Source: an uncultured Nitrososphaeraceae archaeon
GTDB lineage: Archaea; Thermoproteota; Nitrososphaeria; Nitrososphaerales; Nitrososphaeraceae
Assembly (NCBI GenBank): GCA_963825865.1
Contig: CAWGVG010000060.1
Location: 160,001 to 224,000 of the forward strand
Reading direction: 5' to 3'
Length of the DNA: 64,000 nucleotides
Part shown: positions 22,427 through 33,952 of the stretch, piece by piece
Layout of the letters: every line of letters starts with the position of its first letter
Position numbering within the stretch: position 1 is the first letter of the stretch
Notes under the pieces: generated by a model
The model's input: only the letters and a program-made list of their open reading frames with translations
Database searches by the model: none
Told to the model about the DNA's origin: nothing
Translations under genes and position numbers: made by a program

Positions 22427-22513
22427 GGGCCCGTAGCTCAGCCAGGTAGAGTACCGGACTTTTATCATAAGAGAGAAATCCGGCTGTCTCGGGTTCGAAT
22501 CCCGACGGGCCCG
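22427..22513 (+). tRNA. tRNA-Lys(TTT) with a short (about 13-nt) intron at 37/38
   Basis: GGGCCCG acceptor, CCGGA CT TTT A[TCATAAGAGAGAA]A TCCGG, TTCGAAT. Confidence 0.9.
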
Positions 22514-22824
22514 CATTAAATTTCATTCGAATCCACAATATCCTACAATATCCTTAAAAAGTGGCAATAAAAATCGTTGTAAAGACTAGATTGCATCGTC
22601 AATCCACCAATCGACATTTAAATCCTTTTCTCTATCATTTTTTGTATCTCTAGTAAAGCCTGAAGATTGAAAAAGGTGATTTCTTAAAAGTACACCTAAA
22701 AGATAGCAGATTGATAGTCGAAAAGGACGACGTATAATCAGGATTATCAACACGTAACATCACCATGAATGAAACAGAAGGCGTACAAGACCAATGAGCA
22801 AAACAAAAGAAGTTACCTTCTTTT

Positions 22825-22968
22825 ATGTTTGTAAGCAAAATAGCTAAAATATCAAATGACAAATACTATATCAACATACCAAAGGCAATGTGGCCTGACG
22901 TGCAACCGTATTACCAGATCAAGCAGCTGAAAATAACAATTGGAGAGGCTCGACTAACTCGTGGTTGA
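22825..22968 (+). CDS. Small AbrB/swapped-hairpin-like protein or remnant
   Basis: MFVSKIAKISNDKYYINIPKAMW...QLKITI; an in-frame upstream extension is interrupted by TGA. Confidence 0.45.
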   Translation: MFVSKIAKISNDKYYINIPKAMWPDVQPYYQIKQLKITIGEARLTRG

Positions 22969-23002
22969 TTCAAAGATAAAGTAAAGATATCTTCTAGAAG
23001 TA

Positions 23003-23531
23003 ATGAATAAAGTTATTGACACATTAAAAGCAGCTGGTGTTAAAGATAATGAAACCAGTACGTCATCATTTAGCATGTCTCCAAACTATAATTATTCACA
23101 ATCTGCAAATATTAGTGCAAGAACGATAATAGGATTTACAGTATCTAACTCAATACAAATACAAAGCACAAACATAAACAATACATCAAAATGGATTGAT
23201 ACTGCTATAGGCAGCAGGTGCAAATACTGTAGACAGAATTGATTTTGCATTATCTGACAAAAAGTTAGAAGTGACAAAAAATAACCTCATAAAGCAAGCA
23301 ATAGAAAGCGCAAGAGCAAAAGCTGATATTGTTGCTTCTGCAGCTGGTATGAAAGTAGTAGGATTAAGGTCAATTAACCTTAATGAGTTTGCAATTCAAC
23401 CACCTTTTCCTCCTCCTCCGATTCCCTTAGCAAAACAATCACTGGCTGGAGCAGAAGCCAGACCAACTCCTATTATATCAGGACAACAAGAGGTCACTAC
23501 CAACGTAGGTGTTATATTTATAATTCGATAA
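23003..23531 (+). pseudogene. SIMPL/DUF541 protein, N-terminally truncated and frameshifted
   Basis: IDTLKAAGV, PNYNY, AIESARAKA..., PIISGQQEV. Confidence 0.75.
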
Positions 23532-23954
23532 CAAGGCATGGAAAATCAACTAACTGAGGAGATCCATTTTCTGCCCCGGCGAGTCTTGCAATTATAATAA
23601 AAACTATTCCTATGTTGATAACCTATTGTAGTAAACAGATAATGATAATTTGTTGAAGCAGAAAACTTTAATTCCACTTTTAGCACCGATATCGTCATGG
23701 ATTCCTTCGAGTCTATTATGTTAGGGTTGTATGAATCAATACTAATAAGAATGATATTGCTCCTACTAACAAACCTAAGACCGAACCACCAGAATATGCA
23801 GAGCATGGTTTTATAAAATCAGCGAGACAGGACTGTCTATTAATACAAAAAAGATCTTCACAAGATAATTGAAGATCCAGTTTATGGTCTTGGTATTATT
23901 GTCTAAGCACATTCTATTCTTCTTTTTACGGCTAATAAGGCACCTATTGTATTG

Positions 23955-24242
23955 TTATTTACCACCAAAAAGTTTGCCTATTATAGGAATATTGGCTAGT
24001 GGATTTCCTATATTGTTTTCAGTCTGATTAGATGGTTGTTGTTGTTGTTGTGGTGGTGGTGGTGGTGGTGGTGGTATTTTATTAGTAATACCATTACTTG
24101 TAGTAGTTGCAGTATTATTACTTGTTGTTGTCATCATATTTTGTTGCTTTTGTTGTTGTTGTTTTGGATAAGCAGTGGAAGTTGCTGCTGGAGCAGCAGC
24201 TGCCACTGCTCCAATAACGTTTACACTAGAATAAGATACCAT
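23955..24242 (-). CDS. Low-complexity (polyQ/polyP/Thr) protein
   Basis: Trinucleotide tracts; ends NPLANIPIIGKLFGGK. Confidence 0.6.
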   Translation of the reverse strand: MVSYSSVNVIGAVAAAAPAATSTAYPKQQQQKQQNMMTTTSNNTATTTSNGITNKIPPPPPPPPQQQQQPSNQTENNIGNPLANIPIIGKLFGGK

Positions 24243-24436
24243 GGATGGGTTGTCTGTACAAGTATACTTTGCAGTAATTCTGTTATCTAGTCCTGGCTTG
24301 ATTGCGGTATAATTAGAGGTAGGTACAAAGTTCCAATAAACCTATACATATATCAATTAAAAGTTTATTCCATCAGTTTCTAATATTGGGATATGCTTTA
24401 TAGAACTTAACGACCATCATATATCAGAAACGAATC

Positions 24437-25297
24437 ATGAAAGCCAAAGAGCTGATTCCATTAATAGTTATCATAGCTATAACCTTAACAGCTGGATTCA
24501 TTTTGCTGGTATCCAAGGTTTTACCTGAAGAAAATGTAAAGAATTTTAACGCTTTATCTGAAATTACGCTACAGACAAATCTTAAAGAAATAAAGACACC
24601 TACGCCAGGAAATAACACCTTCATATACGCCCTAAATCCTATTGCAGAAGAAGCTCTGCATATAGCCCTGAACGACACAAAAGTAAAGCAGATAATCAAT
24701 GAACAAAAAGGCAAAGCAATTACAATAGCGGCTATTCAACCTACTTCAGTTCTTCAGAGCAAGGACAAAAAAGTTAGTTATAGTGCCTCAGGTCCAGGTC
24801 AAATCATAATTACATCCAATTGGCAATACGTTGATGGAAATTTCTACTCAAATACTGCGAATTTCAATGAGCTTGATAACAAAACAGGCGAGTCGCGCCA
24901 GCATATTTGGAATGTGTTTGTCGATCTGGATAAACACACGGTTAGAGACATATCAGAAGAGCCTGAAAGGATTATGAAAGACACCTTGAAGCCAAATCAC
25001 ATCTATACTGGGATGAATATGTTTATGCCGGATACAGTTAAAGTAAATACTGGTTCGGCAATTACATGGGTCAATAATTCTAACCTTCCTCACAACGTAG
25101 TCGGCACTTACAAAAAAGCTGCCTCTGGCTCGCAGGTCACAGTAGATAGTCGTTTCATACAACCTAATGAATCCTGGAGTTACAATTTCAATGACCCTGG
25201 AGTTTTCCAATATATTTGTACAATCCATTCGACAGACGGAATGAAAGGAACGATCTTAGTGTCAACTCCAGTATCAACAGTTTCTGGGACAAAGTAG
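24437..25297 (+). CDS. Membrane-anchored cupredoxin (plastocyanin/azurin family)
   Basis: N-terminal TM; type-1 Cu ligands PHNV...YICTIH....MKG. Confidence 0.9.
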   Translation: MKAKELIPLIVIIAITLTAGFILLVSKVLPEENVKNFNALSEITLQTNLKEIKTPTPGNNTFIYALNPIAEEALHIALNDTKVKQIINEQKGKAITIAAIQPTSVLQSKDKKVSYSASGPGQIIITSNWQYVDGNFYSNTANFNELDNKTGESRQHIWNVFVDLDKHTVRDISEEPERIMKDTLKPNHIYTGMNMFMPDTVKVNTGSAITWVNNSNLPHNVVGTYKKAASGSQVTVDSRFIQPNESWSYNFNDPGVFQYICTIHSTDGMKGTILVSTPVSTVSGTK

Positions 25298-25434
25298 TGA
25301 TCTGATACTAGTGTTATTAATAACTGATAACTCACAACACGAAGATTTCTGCGTTAAAAAAATAAGTATATAGATAAAAATTGGAAACAACTATGCTATA
25401 ATATGACTTTGATATGAAGAAGTACACCTATCCA

Positions 25435-26193
25435 TCACGTTTCAGACTCATTATGATGGTGGTGGTATAATTCTGCTTTAGCAAGGTCCTTGGAAGGATC
25501 TTTTCGCAGGTCTGCTTCAATAAAATCATTATTTTAAGGCACTGCAATACGATAGTTTCCTTCGCGTTGGATCTGGAGGCGGAGTTGGTGTCCTCCACTG
25601 CATTGCAGCAAATGACCACCGATTGTGCGTTCTTAAGATAAGAAGTGTAAATGATAGCCCGGAACATTCAAAGCCTTTGCATATTCGGGAGTCCAGAAAC
25701 CAACTAGTGTTCCAGAAACATTTTGAAATTCAAACTCCTGCTGAACATGAGCCGCTTTTGCCAGAGGAACTCCTTCTTTAGTCCTGCAGATACTGCGAGT
25801 CTTTATTGAATCAAAATCTCCATCAACACGCAAAGCAAAGAAAAAGTTGTCCGTTTTCCTAAGTTTGTCAAATTGGGATAGCAAATTTTTTAGTTCTAGA
25901 CAAGATTGCAAGACTGAAGCGGCATCTGGTTTGAAATGTGTGATTACAGCAAAAGGACTAAGTACATCATCTTTTGCTTCTCTTACTGAACCATCACCGC
26001 ACACCTGAAAGAAATGTCCATCAATAACCACCATCTCACCATCAAGATTCTCAAATGTCCCTATTCCTAAATTGCCATGCTTACGCAAAGTACCGACTCG
26101 AACAGCTCCCTCATATATCCCTTCAACAAGAGCGTTTGCTGTGGAGACTTGATACAACGTGCTTCTTTTCACCATGGGTGTCTTTCGTTTCAA
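25435..26193 (-). CDS. budA: Alpha-acetolactate decarboxylase (frameshifted near the C-terminus)
   Basis: LYQVST..AL..GIYEG, HGNLGIGTF..LDGEM, GYHLHF; GGH follows in a shifted frame. Confidence 0.9.
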
Positions 26194-26651
26194 TCAGATC
26201 ACTCCGATATAAATTAAGTACTTTTATTTCTTATCCGTTAGTATAAAACTATTAATTTATCAAGGCATGATATTATTATTTCCCAAGCATAGCCAATTTT
26301 CCATTGCCTTTTTGTCTCTCTTTGCGCCATTTCTGCTAAATCATTAATTAATTAACATGTATTCGTCTCGCCCCCACGTAGGTGATATATCATGTAAACG
26401 TGATTCTTCTATCTAATCAAAAGTGAGATTATTTTGCGCGATACTATAACAATAATATTACATGATATAAATAATATGCTTATTATTTCAGATATCTAAT
26501 TCTAATCTAAAAATGCGGTAGTGGGTTAGTTCTTAATATTAATGATAATTATAAAATTATAAAATGAGCATTGCTTCTACGAATGCGCTGTCTTTTGTAT
26601 AAATATGAGTATGAGCAAGCAAAAATCAAAAATCGTAAAATAATAATTTCT

Positions 26652-26949
26652 TTATTTTGCTGGCTCCCTTCTTCTACGCCCGAAAAATAATTCTACTCCA
26701 CGTTTTTCATTATAATTAAAAGTGAATGCTTCATCAGGTAGAATTGGGAAGGTTGATAATTCTATGTCAAAGCAATGAGGACATTTATCAGCAGGAAGGT
26801 ACGACTTGTTAAGGTAGGTACCGCACCAATGACAAGATTCACATAACACAAATATGCTTTCTTTTAATTTAGGATTTTGGTAGTTATCTTTTACTTCTTG
26901 ACCTTGATATGATGGTGATGCCTTGTTATTTTCCTGCTTTTCTATCATG
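26652..26949 (-). CDS. Small Zn-ribbon protein
   Basis: FVLCESCHWC...CPHC...PI...E.F.F.Y...RGVEL.F. Confidence 0.7.
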
Positions 26950-27124
26950 ATTTCTGTAAAATACCAAAAATCCATAACTACAATATTATAATATAAACTA
27001 TGACTTCCTCTTCCAATTCCTGATTTCCTAAGCCAGCAATTGATTTTCTTATACTTCTTTGAATCGATAATCACTTTCTGAACGAGTGAGATAAAGAGTG
27101 ATTGTATTCCCGCTCCAATATACA

Positions 27125-27400
27125 CTAGTATAGCGAGATGGAAAAATTTTTATTAAATCTGGACTTTACGAATTCCAATACTTCAGCGTCTGACGAGAAG
27201 TATTGTATATTATTAATTTCACTATTTTGGTTCTTCACCTTATCGACAAACTGAGCAACAAAATTACCGCAGGCATTTCTGTTTATAAAAAGCTTCTTGC
27301 GTTGAGACTTTTGCTCAATCCTAATCCCTTCATCAAGGTCAAGTGTTTTTAATCTCTCTACTAGCTCCTTCTCTTTACTCCGTCCAGAGTCCATAATCAC
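27125..27400 (-). CDS. Hypothetical protein
   Basis: 91-aa ORF. Confidence 0.6.
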   Translation of the reverse strand: MIMDSGRSKEKELVERLKTLDLDEGIRIEQKSQRKKLFINRNACGNFVAQFVDKVKNQNSEINNIQYFSSDAEVLEFVKSRFNKNFSISLY

Positions 27401-27618
27401 GAGAAACCTTTGACCTAAAGTAATACGGAGGTAACTTATAACAATTAGCTGCGGATCATGGTAGACGTGACGATTTTCCCTCGAGCGTGGCTATGGGTAA
27501 CTTTACCCTATACATGCAATGGACAATCAAGAAAATTAGCGAAGCTTCAGAAGACCGCTGACTTGCGAGTCAAGGATATTAGCTTAATAACGAATTAGAA
27601 GATAACGATTAATGATTA

Positions 27619-28775
27619 TTGAGAATATTCAACACATTATCTGGTCTGAAAGACAAGGCGACGCCAAGGGATGGCGACTTGAGGATGGTCATTTGTGGTC
27701 CTACAGTCTATGATTTTTCTCATCTTGGGCATGCAAGAATTCTCCTCTTTTATGACTTAGTGGCAAGATACTTAATATTAAATGGAATGCGAACGACTAC
27801 AATATTAAACATTACTGATATAGATCCCAAGATATCATTTCGGGCAAATGAGGAAAGGTCAACTGCAGCGGACATTTCTAATAGATTTATAAATGAACTT
27901 TTGATGGATATTCAATCCTTAGGTATCAATACACTCAGTATTGCCAAGACTTCCGATTACGTAGAAACTGCTATAAAGCTAATTCGGGGGCTCCTTAGTG
28001 ATAAACGTGCCTACTTTGCTAATGGTAACGTATACTTAGATACATCTTCCAGTGTGTCAGATACGGGAAGCTCTCACGAATGAGTCAAGAGGATCTGGTA
28101 AATAGCAGAGTTGACATAGCGCCGGGGAAAAAAAATCCTAATGATATCCTGCTTTGGAATGGTAGCGACGATTTCGGTCAGAAATATTATGACGACTACT
28201 TAGGAGCAGGCGTCCCCTGGTGGCATATACAGGACTCTTCTGTAGCGATGTCGATCTTTAAAGGCAAATACGATATGCATGGTGGTGCAACGGATTTAGT
28301 ATATCCACATCATGAATCTGTTATGGCACAATTGCGGGTGCTAACATCTAATCAACAACCAGTAAAGATCTGGAATCACGTAGGACTGGTAAGCATCAAT
28401 GGCAAAAAAATGTCCAAATCTTTTGGTAACATCATAAGAATAAGGGATCTGATAAGAAAGTATAACTCAAATATTATACGGCTTTATCTCTTTTCGAAGC
28501 ACTACAGACAGTCTATCATGTTCTCACAGTCTGAACTTGATAAATTCTATTCGACTGACGAAACAATCGCAAGTGCACTTTGGGAGGACGTTGGTACTAA
28601 AGTCCTCCATCGAAGGACAAGGCTGACCAATGAATTCACTAGTTATATAGAGAACGATGTAAATACCCCTGCAGCCTTAGAATTAATGATAGAAACAGCA
28701 CGAAAGCGAGAGTCCATCGTAGACCTGCGGTACATGGTAGGGATTTTTGGACTTGATTATGGGCGGAGAAGGTGA
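27619..28775 (+). CDS. Cysteinyl-tRNA synthetase-like paralog (frameshift near 28060)
   Basis: CGPTVYD.SHLGHAR, NITDID, HGG..DL.YPHHE, KMSKS; the WHIEC motif reads WHIQD; about 385 aa in total. Confidence 0.85.
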
Positions 28776-28892
28776 AGGAAAATGAGGACGCATTTTGTTC
28801 ATTGTGGACTGAACATATTGGAATTCATAATTGCGCTGACCTCTTCATTGGAAGAAGATTCTAGGCAATAATTTGCCAGACGCAATGAATAG

Positions 28893-29210
28893 TTAATGAC
28901 TTTCTTTCATTTTGGAATTGAATATGATATATTCACGTCTCTCTAATTCGTCTTCCATCATTGGTTTAATCTGTTCTAGAATCATTTGATATTTATTGTC
29001 TTGATTATAGTATGCATCCATATCTTCCTTTGTTTCCCAGACTGTCGTATTTGTTGCTCCGTGAATGTCGTATAAGTTGGCCATCAACACAAATGCTGTC
29101 AGACCTTTCACTTTTCCTACATTTTCGTTCCAAAGTTCTGCAATAATCTTTAGGCCTTCTTCCCTTTTACCATTTCTAAAACGTCCTGTAATTTGTTTAA
29201 CGTATTTCAT
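28893..29210 (-). CDS. ABM/dimeric alpha-beta barrel protein
   Basis: VKGL....L......TVWETKEDMDAY pattern. Confidence 0.7.
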   Translation of the reverse strand: MKYVKQITGRFRNGKREEGLKIIAELWNENVGKVKGLTAFVLMANLYDIHGATNTTVWETKEDMDAYYNQDNKYQMILEQIKPMMEDELERREYIIFNSKMKESH

Positions 29211-29561
29211 TGCCTAAAGAAATATAAGAAAATCAAGTAAATATTCTTTTTATCCCTTTACTTCAGTAACACAACATGACAAACCAAATGTAATTAGAAA
29301 AACATGATTAGGGGCGATAGAAAAGTGTTATAATATACAATATAATTATGACACCAATAACTAATAACGTACATCACCAAGAAGATAGTTTATCTTACCT
29401 CTTATTACAAGAGGTCGATTCAGGCACTGGATGCTACCTAAAGTTTGGAGCGAACATATATAATGTAAATCAGCATGAACTCCCTTTTATGTGTATGTCT
29501 ACAACTTAACATTGTTCTAAAAACTACTTAGATATTCCTTTAGTGACCTCAACTGATAACA

Positions 29562-30146
29562 TCTAGCAAGGACTAAAAACCTTCGATATGTCTTCTCTCT
29601 GTATCGTTCCATTATTGTCCTTGTCACTTACAACAAATTTGTATATGACATAACCTGTCACATCCTGGCCCCCAGGCAGCCATGTTGCTGTCGCTAGCAA
29701 TATGTAATTACCACTGTTTAAATTCACTCTAAATATGCTACCGTCATAATCTGTGGCATTAAGAACTTTCGTTGCAACTCCACTGGTAGCAGAATATGCT
29801 GGCCTACCGAATTTATCTACTCTTTTCTGAGAAAGTTTTGTGATCTCGGAAGGTTTAGTTTGTGATGGTAATGATTTTGTTTTTGTTGTGTTTGTTATCG
29901 TATATAAAGAGTATGGAAATGAATTTGCTCCTTCAGAGCTAATTGGTTTATATCATTTCTGCTATTGTCATTAGTATTATTGCCATAGATAGCTCTGTGA
30001 TCGCTATTAATACTTCGATGACCTCCTGGAAGAAAGCGTAGTTCACTAAAAGATACGTTTGGTAAATATGCTACTAATAAAACACATACTGATATAACTA
30101 CAGCAATAATTGCCATTTTTTTCGAATTTACTTTTGGCTTTGACAA
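29562..30146 (-). CDS. Secreted hypothetical protein (frameshifted)
   Basis: Signal/TM in ORF 29895-30146; downstream frame reads ..NLNSGNYILLATATWLP...VTGYVIYKF. Confidence 0.5.
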
Positions 30147-30263
30147 TTATAATTATTATTAGTCAGATCTTAGTAATATATAAAACTCTAAGTCGTAAAG
30201 GATGTATTTCATGTATTTTAGTAAGCATTATAGATTAGTATATAATATGGTAATAAAATATCT

Positions 30264-31607
30264 ATGATGTTCTCACATTTTACGTTACTTGTAATTGCTA
30301 CGACTACTCTTGTTTTGACTTCATTTTTTATCCAAACCGGATATTATTTTGCGTATGCTGCTTATACCAAGGCCCCGCCATCTGCTGGAGGCCCAATTAT
30401 CCATGATCCCAATCTAAAGGCAGAACAAATCTTCACAGGACTTCAAGCACCTACTAGCATAGCATTTCTAGGTCCAAATGACATTTTGGTTTTGGAGAAA
30501 AATACGGGTACTGTACAGAGAATTGTAAATGGACAAATGCTCCCTCAGCCTCTACTTCATGTGAATGTTGGAGAGCAAGTAGAATGGGGTATGCTAGGAA
30601 TTGCTGTTGCAAAACATAATGATATTACATATGTTTTCTTGTATTATACTGAACCTGACAGTAATAATAGTGGAGAACAAGGAGCAGGAGTAACAGAAGG
30701 AAATAATACACAACCAATGGTTAATCATCTTTACAGATACGAGCTGGCAGATAACAACCAGCTTATCAACCCCAAACTACTTTTAATCCTTCCAGCGAGT
30801 TCACCTTTTCCTAATCATGAGAATAATCACGTTGGCGGCAAAGTAGTGATTGGTCCGGATAGCAACGTGTATGTTGTTATTGGCGACGTTGGAGGTCATG
30901 CGGGTCAAGCCCAAAATGTAAAAGATGGAATCCCACTTGATGGCACAAGTGGTATTCTTAGAGTTACACAGGATGGTGATGCAGTAGTACCAAATAGCCC
31001 TCTGGGTAATGATACAGACCCTACTTTAAACAAATACTATGCTTATGGAATACGTAACAGTTTTGGTATGGACTTTGACCCTGTAACTGGTAAACTGTGG
31101 GATACAGAGAATGGCGCATTCTGTTGCGATGAGATCAACTTAGTTGAACCTGGATTCAACAGTGGGTGGCAGCAGGTGCAGGGCATATGGCAGGTGCGTG
31201 GACCCTTACTTGGGCCGATTGTACAATCTCCTCCTGATAACCTGGTAGAATTTGGAGGAAATGGCAAATACAGATCTCCAGAGTTTACATGGCTTAATAC
31301 TACTGGCCCTACCGCACTCAAGTTCCTTAATTCTGATAAATTGGGCAAACAATATGAAAATAGTATGTTTGTAGGAGACGTCAACACCGGCAATCTATTC
31401 AACTTTAAATTAGACCAGGAGAGAACAGGATTAGATCTTACTGGCCTGCTTTCAGATAAGGTTGCAAATACCCCAGATGAACTTCAAGATAATAATGTAT
31501 TTGGAAGTGGATTTGGCGTTATTACAGATATACAAGTTGGGCCTGATGATGGATATCTATATGTTCTTACATATAGTGGAAACATGTACAGAATAGTTCC
31601 CTCTTGA
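30264..31607 (+). CDS. PQQ-dependent glucose/sorbosone dehydrogenase family protein
   Basis: Signal peptide; HVGG, YAYGIRNSFGMDFDP, DTENG, DEIN. Confidence 0.93.
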   Translation: MMFSHFTLLVIATTTLVLTSFFIQTGYYFAYAAYTKAPPSAGGPIIHDPNLKAEQIFTGLQAPTSIAFLGPNDILVLEKNTGTVQRIVNGQMLPQPLLHVNVGEQVEWGMLGIAVAKHNDITYVFLYYTEPDSNNSGEQGAGVTEGNNTQPMVNHLYRYELADNNQLINPKLLLILPASSPFPNHENNHVGGKVVIGPDSNVYVVIGDVGGHAGQAQNVKDGIPLDGTSGILRVTQDGDAVVPNSPLGNDTDPTLNKYYAYGIRNSFGMDFDPVTGKLWDTENGAFCCDEINLVEPGFNSGWQQVQGIWQVRGPLLGPIVQSPPDNLVEFGGNGKYRSPEFTWLNTTGPTALKFLNSDKLGKQYENSMFVGDVNTGNLFNFKLDQERTGLDLTGLLSDKVANTPDELQDNNVFGSGFGVITDIQVGPDDGYLYVLTYSGNMYRIVPS

Positions 31608-31741
31608 ACTTGAATTACTATTATCCTGTACTGCGTTAGATTGTGCCATTGCTATTCGATTGTCTTATCATGTTGTATTAACTATGTTAAGTAAACTTTT
31701 TAAGCAAATACAAGACGCAGGGATATCTGTTTTCACACTCT

Positions 31742-32107
31742 ATGTATACCCAAACAATGAGTCAACGGATTATTTTTGTAGGCATGATATTTGCCATTAC
31801 TATAACAACTGCCGCTGATAGTATATTATTGGAAAGTGGTATTATTAATCTTAGCTACGCTCAAGTTTTCCAACGCATACCATCTGGGTCTGAAACAACA
31901 CCAGGCGCAAATCCCATGTGCGATCCCACAGACAGACATGTTAATACAAGGGAATCACATGTATGTGGTGTTCCAAAAACGCCCTCTACTACAGCTACAC
32001 TGGAACCCACAAGGACAGAACCACCAAGTTCAATAACACCATCTTCAGGATCATCACTACAGCCTATACCTGGAATATTACCCATGACTACCAATAGCAC
32101 TCAATGA
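31742..32107 (+). CDS. Secreted hypothetical protein
   Basis: Signal-like N-terminus; CDP.D.HVN..ES.VCG; Pro/Thr/Ser tail. Confidence 0.65.
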   Translation: MYTQTMSQRIIFVGMIFAITITTAADSILLESGIINLSYAQVFQRIPSGSETTPGANPMCDPTDRHVNTRESHVCGVPKTPSTTATLEPTRTEPPSSITPSSGSSLQPIPGILPMTTNSTQ

Positions 32108-33175
32108 TCTAGGTAGTCGTCAGAAGGTCTGATAAAACTAAAACCTTTTTCACAATCATAACTACATTTTTCATAAAATCCAACGCTTCTATTTCAAAGG
32201 TGACTATATATTGATAAAAACTTGCTTTACGATTACTGAACCATAAATTTTATTGTATGAAAAACAGTTCAAAATGCGGACACAATGTATATGAACGTAG
32301 GATAATACTTATTTTGCAGTAGTTCAAAGTCTAAACTTCAAACTCGGTTAGATAAGATTGATGAGAAAAAAAAGGTTTTCAAACAAATACATTTCATGCT
32401 TTGTGAGTCATGCTTTTGGTGTGCATCATATCTTAATTCTAATAGCACATCCATTTCTAAATGTTTTTCCTGTTGCAATAACAGAATAAAGTGGATGCCA
32501 ATATCTTCCGTTGATACGTGAGAATTATATTAAAACTACACAAAGCATAATTTCTCTTTGGAACTATAGACAGCTATCTAGTCAACATCAACACTAACTT
32601 TGATTGCAATTGAAGGGCAGTCTTAGTGTTATTGAGGATGCCACTTTCACATGGTTTGAGAAATTCATCAATCTGCGATCTCCCTGTGAAGATAAAAATT
32701 TGTCACAGCGAAGGCGTGTTCACCGACAGACACACAGATATAAAACTATAACTCATTCTCTTACTACATGATTCAGATGCATCAGTACGGAAAAAATGGA
32801 ATGATTACTTAAAAAAGATGCTGTTCCATTCTATCCAATAACTTCAAATCTTATAATAAATGGATCACCTTTAGTACACGCAAGTAATATTTGTGAACCA
32901 GCTGTGGAGGATTAGAAACCTAGAACACCTGATACGAAAGTAGGAATGAACCCACACATAATAGTATATCCGGAAATCCTTCTTTAAATTGAATTGTTCG
33001 TGTCTCATACTTTCAAGTTCCAAAACCTAATGATGAACTATTAACTCCATCAAATGTGAATCACAAGGATATTTCCATAATTTTGGACGTACTCAAGGTT
33101 GTCATTCAAACACGTTAGGAGATAAAGAGTATACGCATTAGCAAGTGCTGTATTAGTTGGAGTGGGTTCCATTGA

Positions 33176-33691
33176 CTATACATCAGTTCCATTACCGATT
33201 TTTACAACAAAGGCACAGCTCATCTCAGGCTTAAAAGAGATTCCTTTTATTAACAAACATCTATCAGAATACATATAATATTTGCAATCCTTACATTGGT
33301 ATCCTTCTGCTCCCTTATTGATGATATGGCCGTCTTCATATTCCAGTTTGTTTCCTGTTTTTTTTATAAAGTCCCATACAATGTCACCCGGCAACATTCC
33401 ATCACCTTTTGGAGAAAAGAAAATTGAAACACCATAATCATTATTAATTTCCCCTTCTACAATGTGACATTTTTTTTCATCAGGTAGATTGAACTTGCAC
33501 TTTATGCATGCTTTATCATTATTGCTCGTTCCTTTAATTACTCGTTCTTGATAACCTGCCTCGTCTTTTGTCATCTTTTTCCTTGATCTTAGAACACGGT
33601 ATAGTGCACCATCTTGTGCAGCTATATCCTTCTCTTCTTGTTCACCTGTTGACTTGGCTATAACCGATTCCTCTACGTCATAATTATCCAT
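33176..33691 (-). CDS. Protein with two tandem HiPIP-like (4Fe-4S) domains
   Basis: K..AGYQ..CIKCKF..C.IVEG.I...GVS; GYQCKDCKYY..CLLIKG......SCAF. Confidence 0.7.
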   Translation of the reverse strand: MDNYDVEESVIAKSTGEQEEKDIAAQDGALYRVLRSRKKMTKDEAGYQERVIKGTSNNDKACIKCKFNLPDEKKCHIVEGEINNDYGVSIFFSPKGDGMLPGDIVWDFIKKTGNKLEYEDGHIINKGAEGYQCKDCKYYMYSDRCLLIKGISFKPEMSCAFVVKIGNGTDV

Positions 33692-33779
33692 ATTAGTATG
33701 ACACCTGCACTATATTATATTTAAGGAAAACAAGAGAAAAATGAAAATGTTTTTGAAAGCACTCAAGACACTCAAGACA

Positions 33780-33952
33780 ATGTTAACAGTATCGTGTAGG
33801 GATGAACTTTAAGTATGTTCATAGCAGAGACAGATGAAGAAATTATGAAATATACTGGAGGACATGGTGTGACAGACCACGTATTTAAGAAGGACCTATT
33901 GACTCCAGGATTGCAACTGAAAATAAAATCACATATTCGTCGATTTAATTAA
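33780..33952 (+). pseudogene. DUF1059-like small metal-binding protein remnant
   Basis: MLTVSCRD.. / AETDEEIMKY...HG...H....LTP......IK..IR, broken by a stop and a frameshift. Confidence 0.55.

Noticed and set aside
22427-22513. tRNA-Met/Ile(CAT) reading, because TCATAA occurs in the loop region
   Set aside because: The anticodon stem CCGGA/TCCGG places TTT as the anticodon; CAT lies in the intron
24036-24160. Poly-Trp/Leu/Cys ORF on the plus strand
   Set aside because: Antisense translation of the polyP/polyQ microsatellite in 23955-24242
32400-33100. Possible decayed gene upstream of the HiPIP-like locus
   Set aside because: No sustained frame or recognisable motif could be supported
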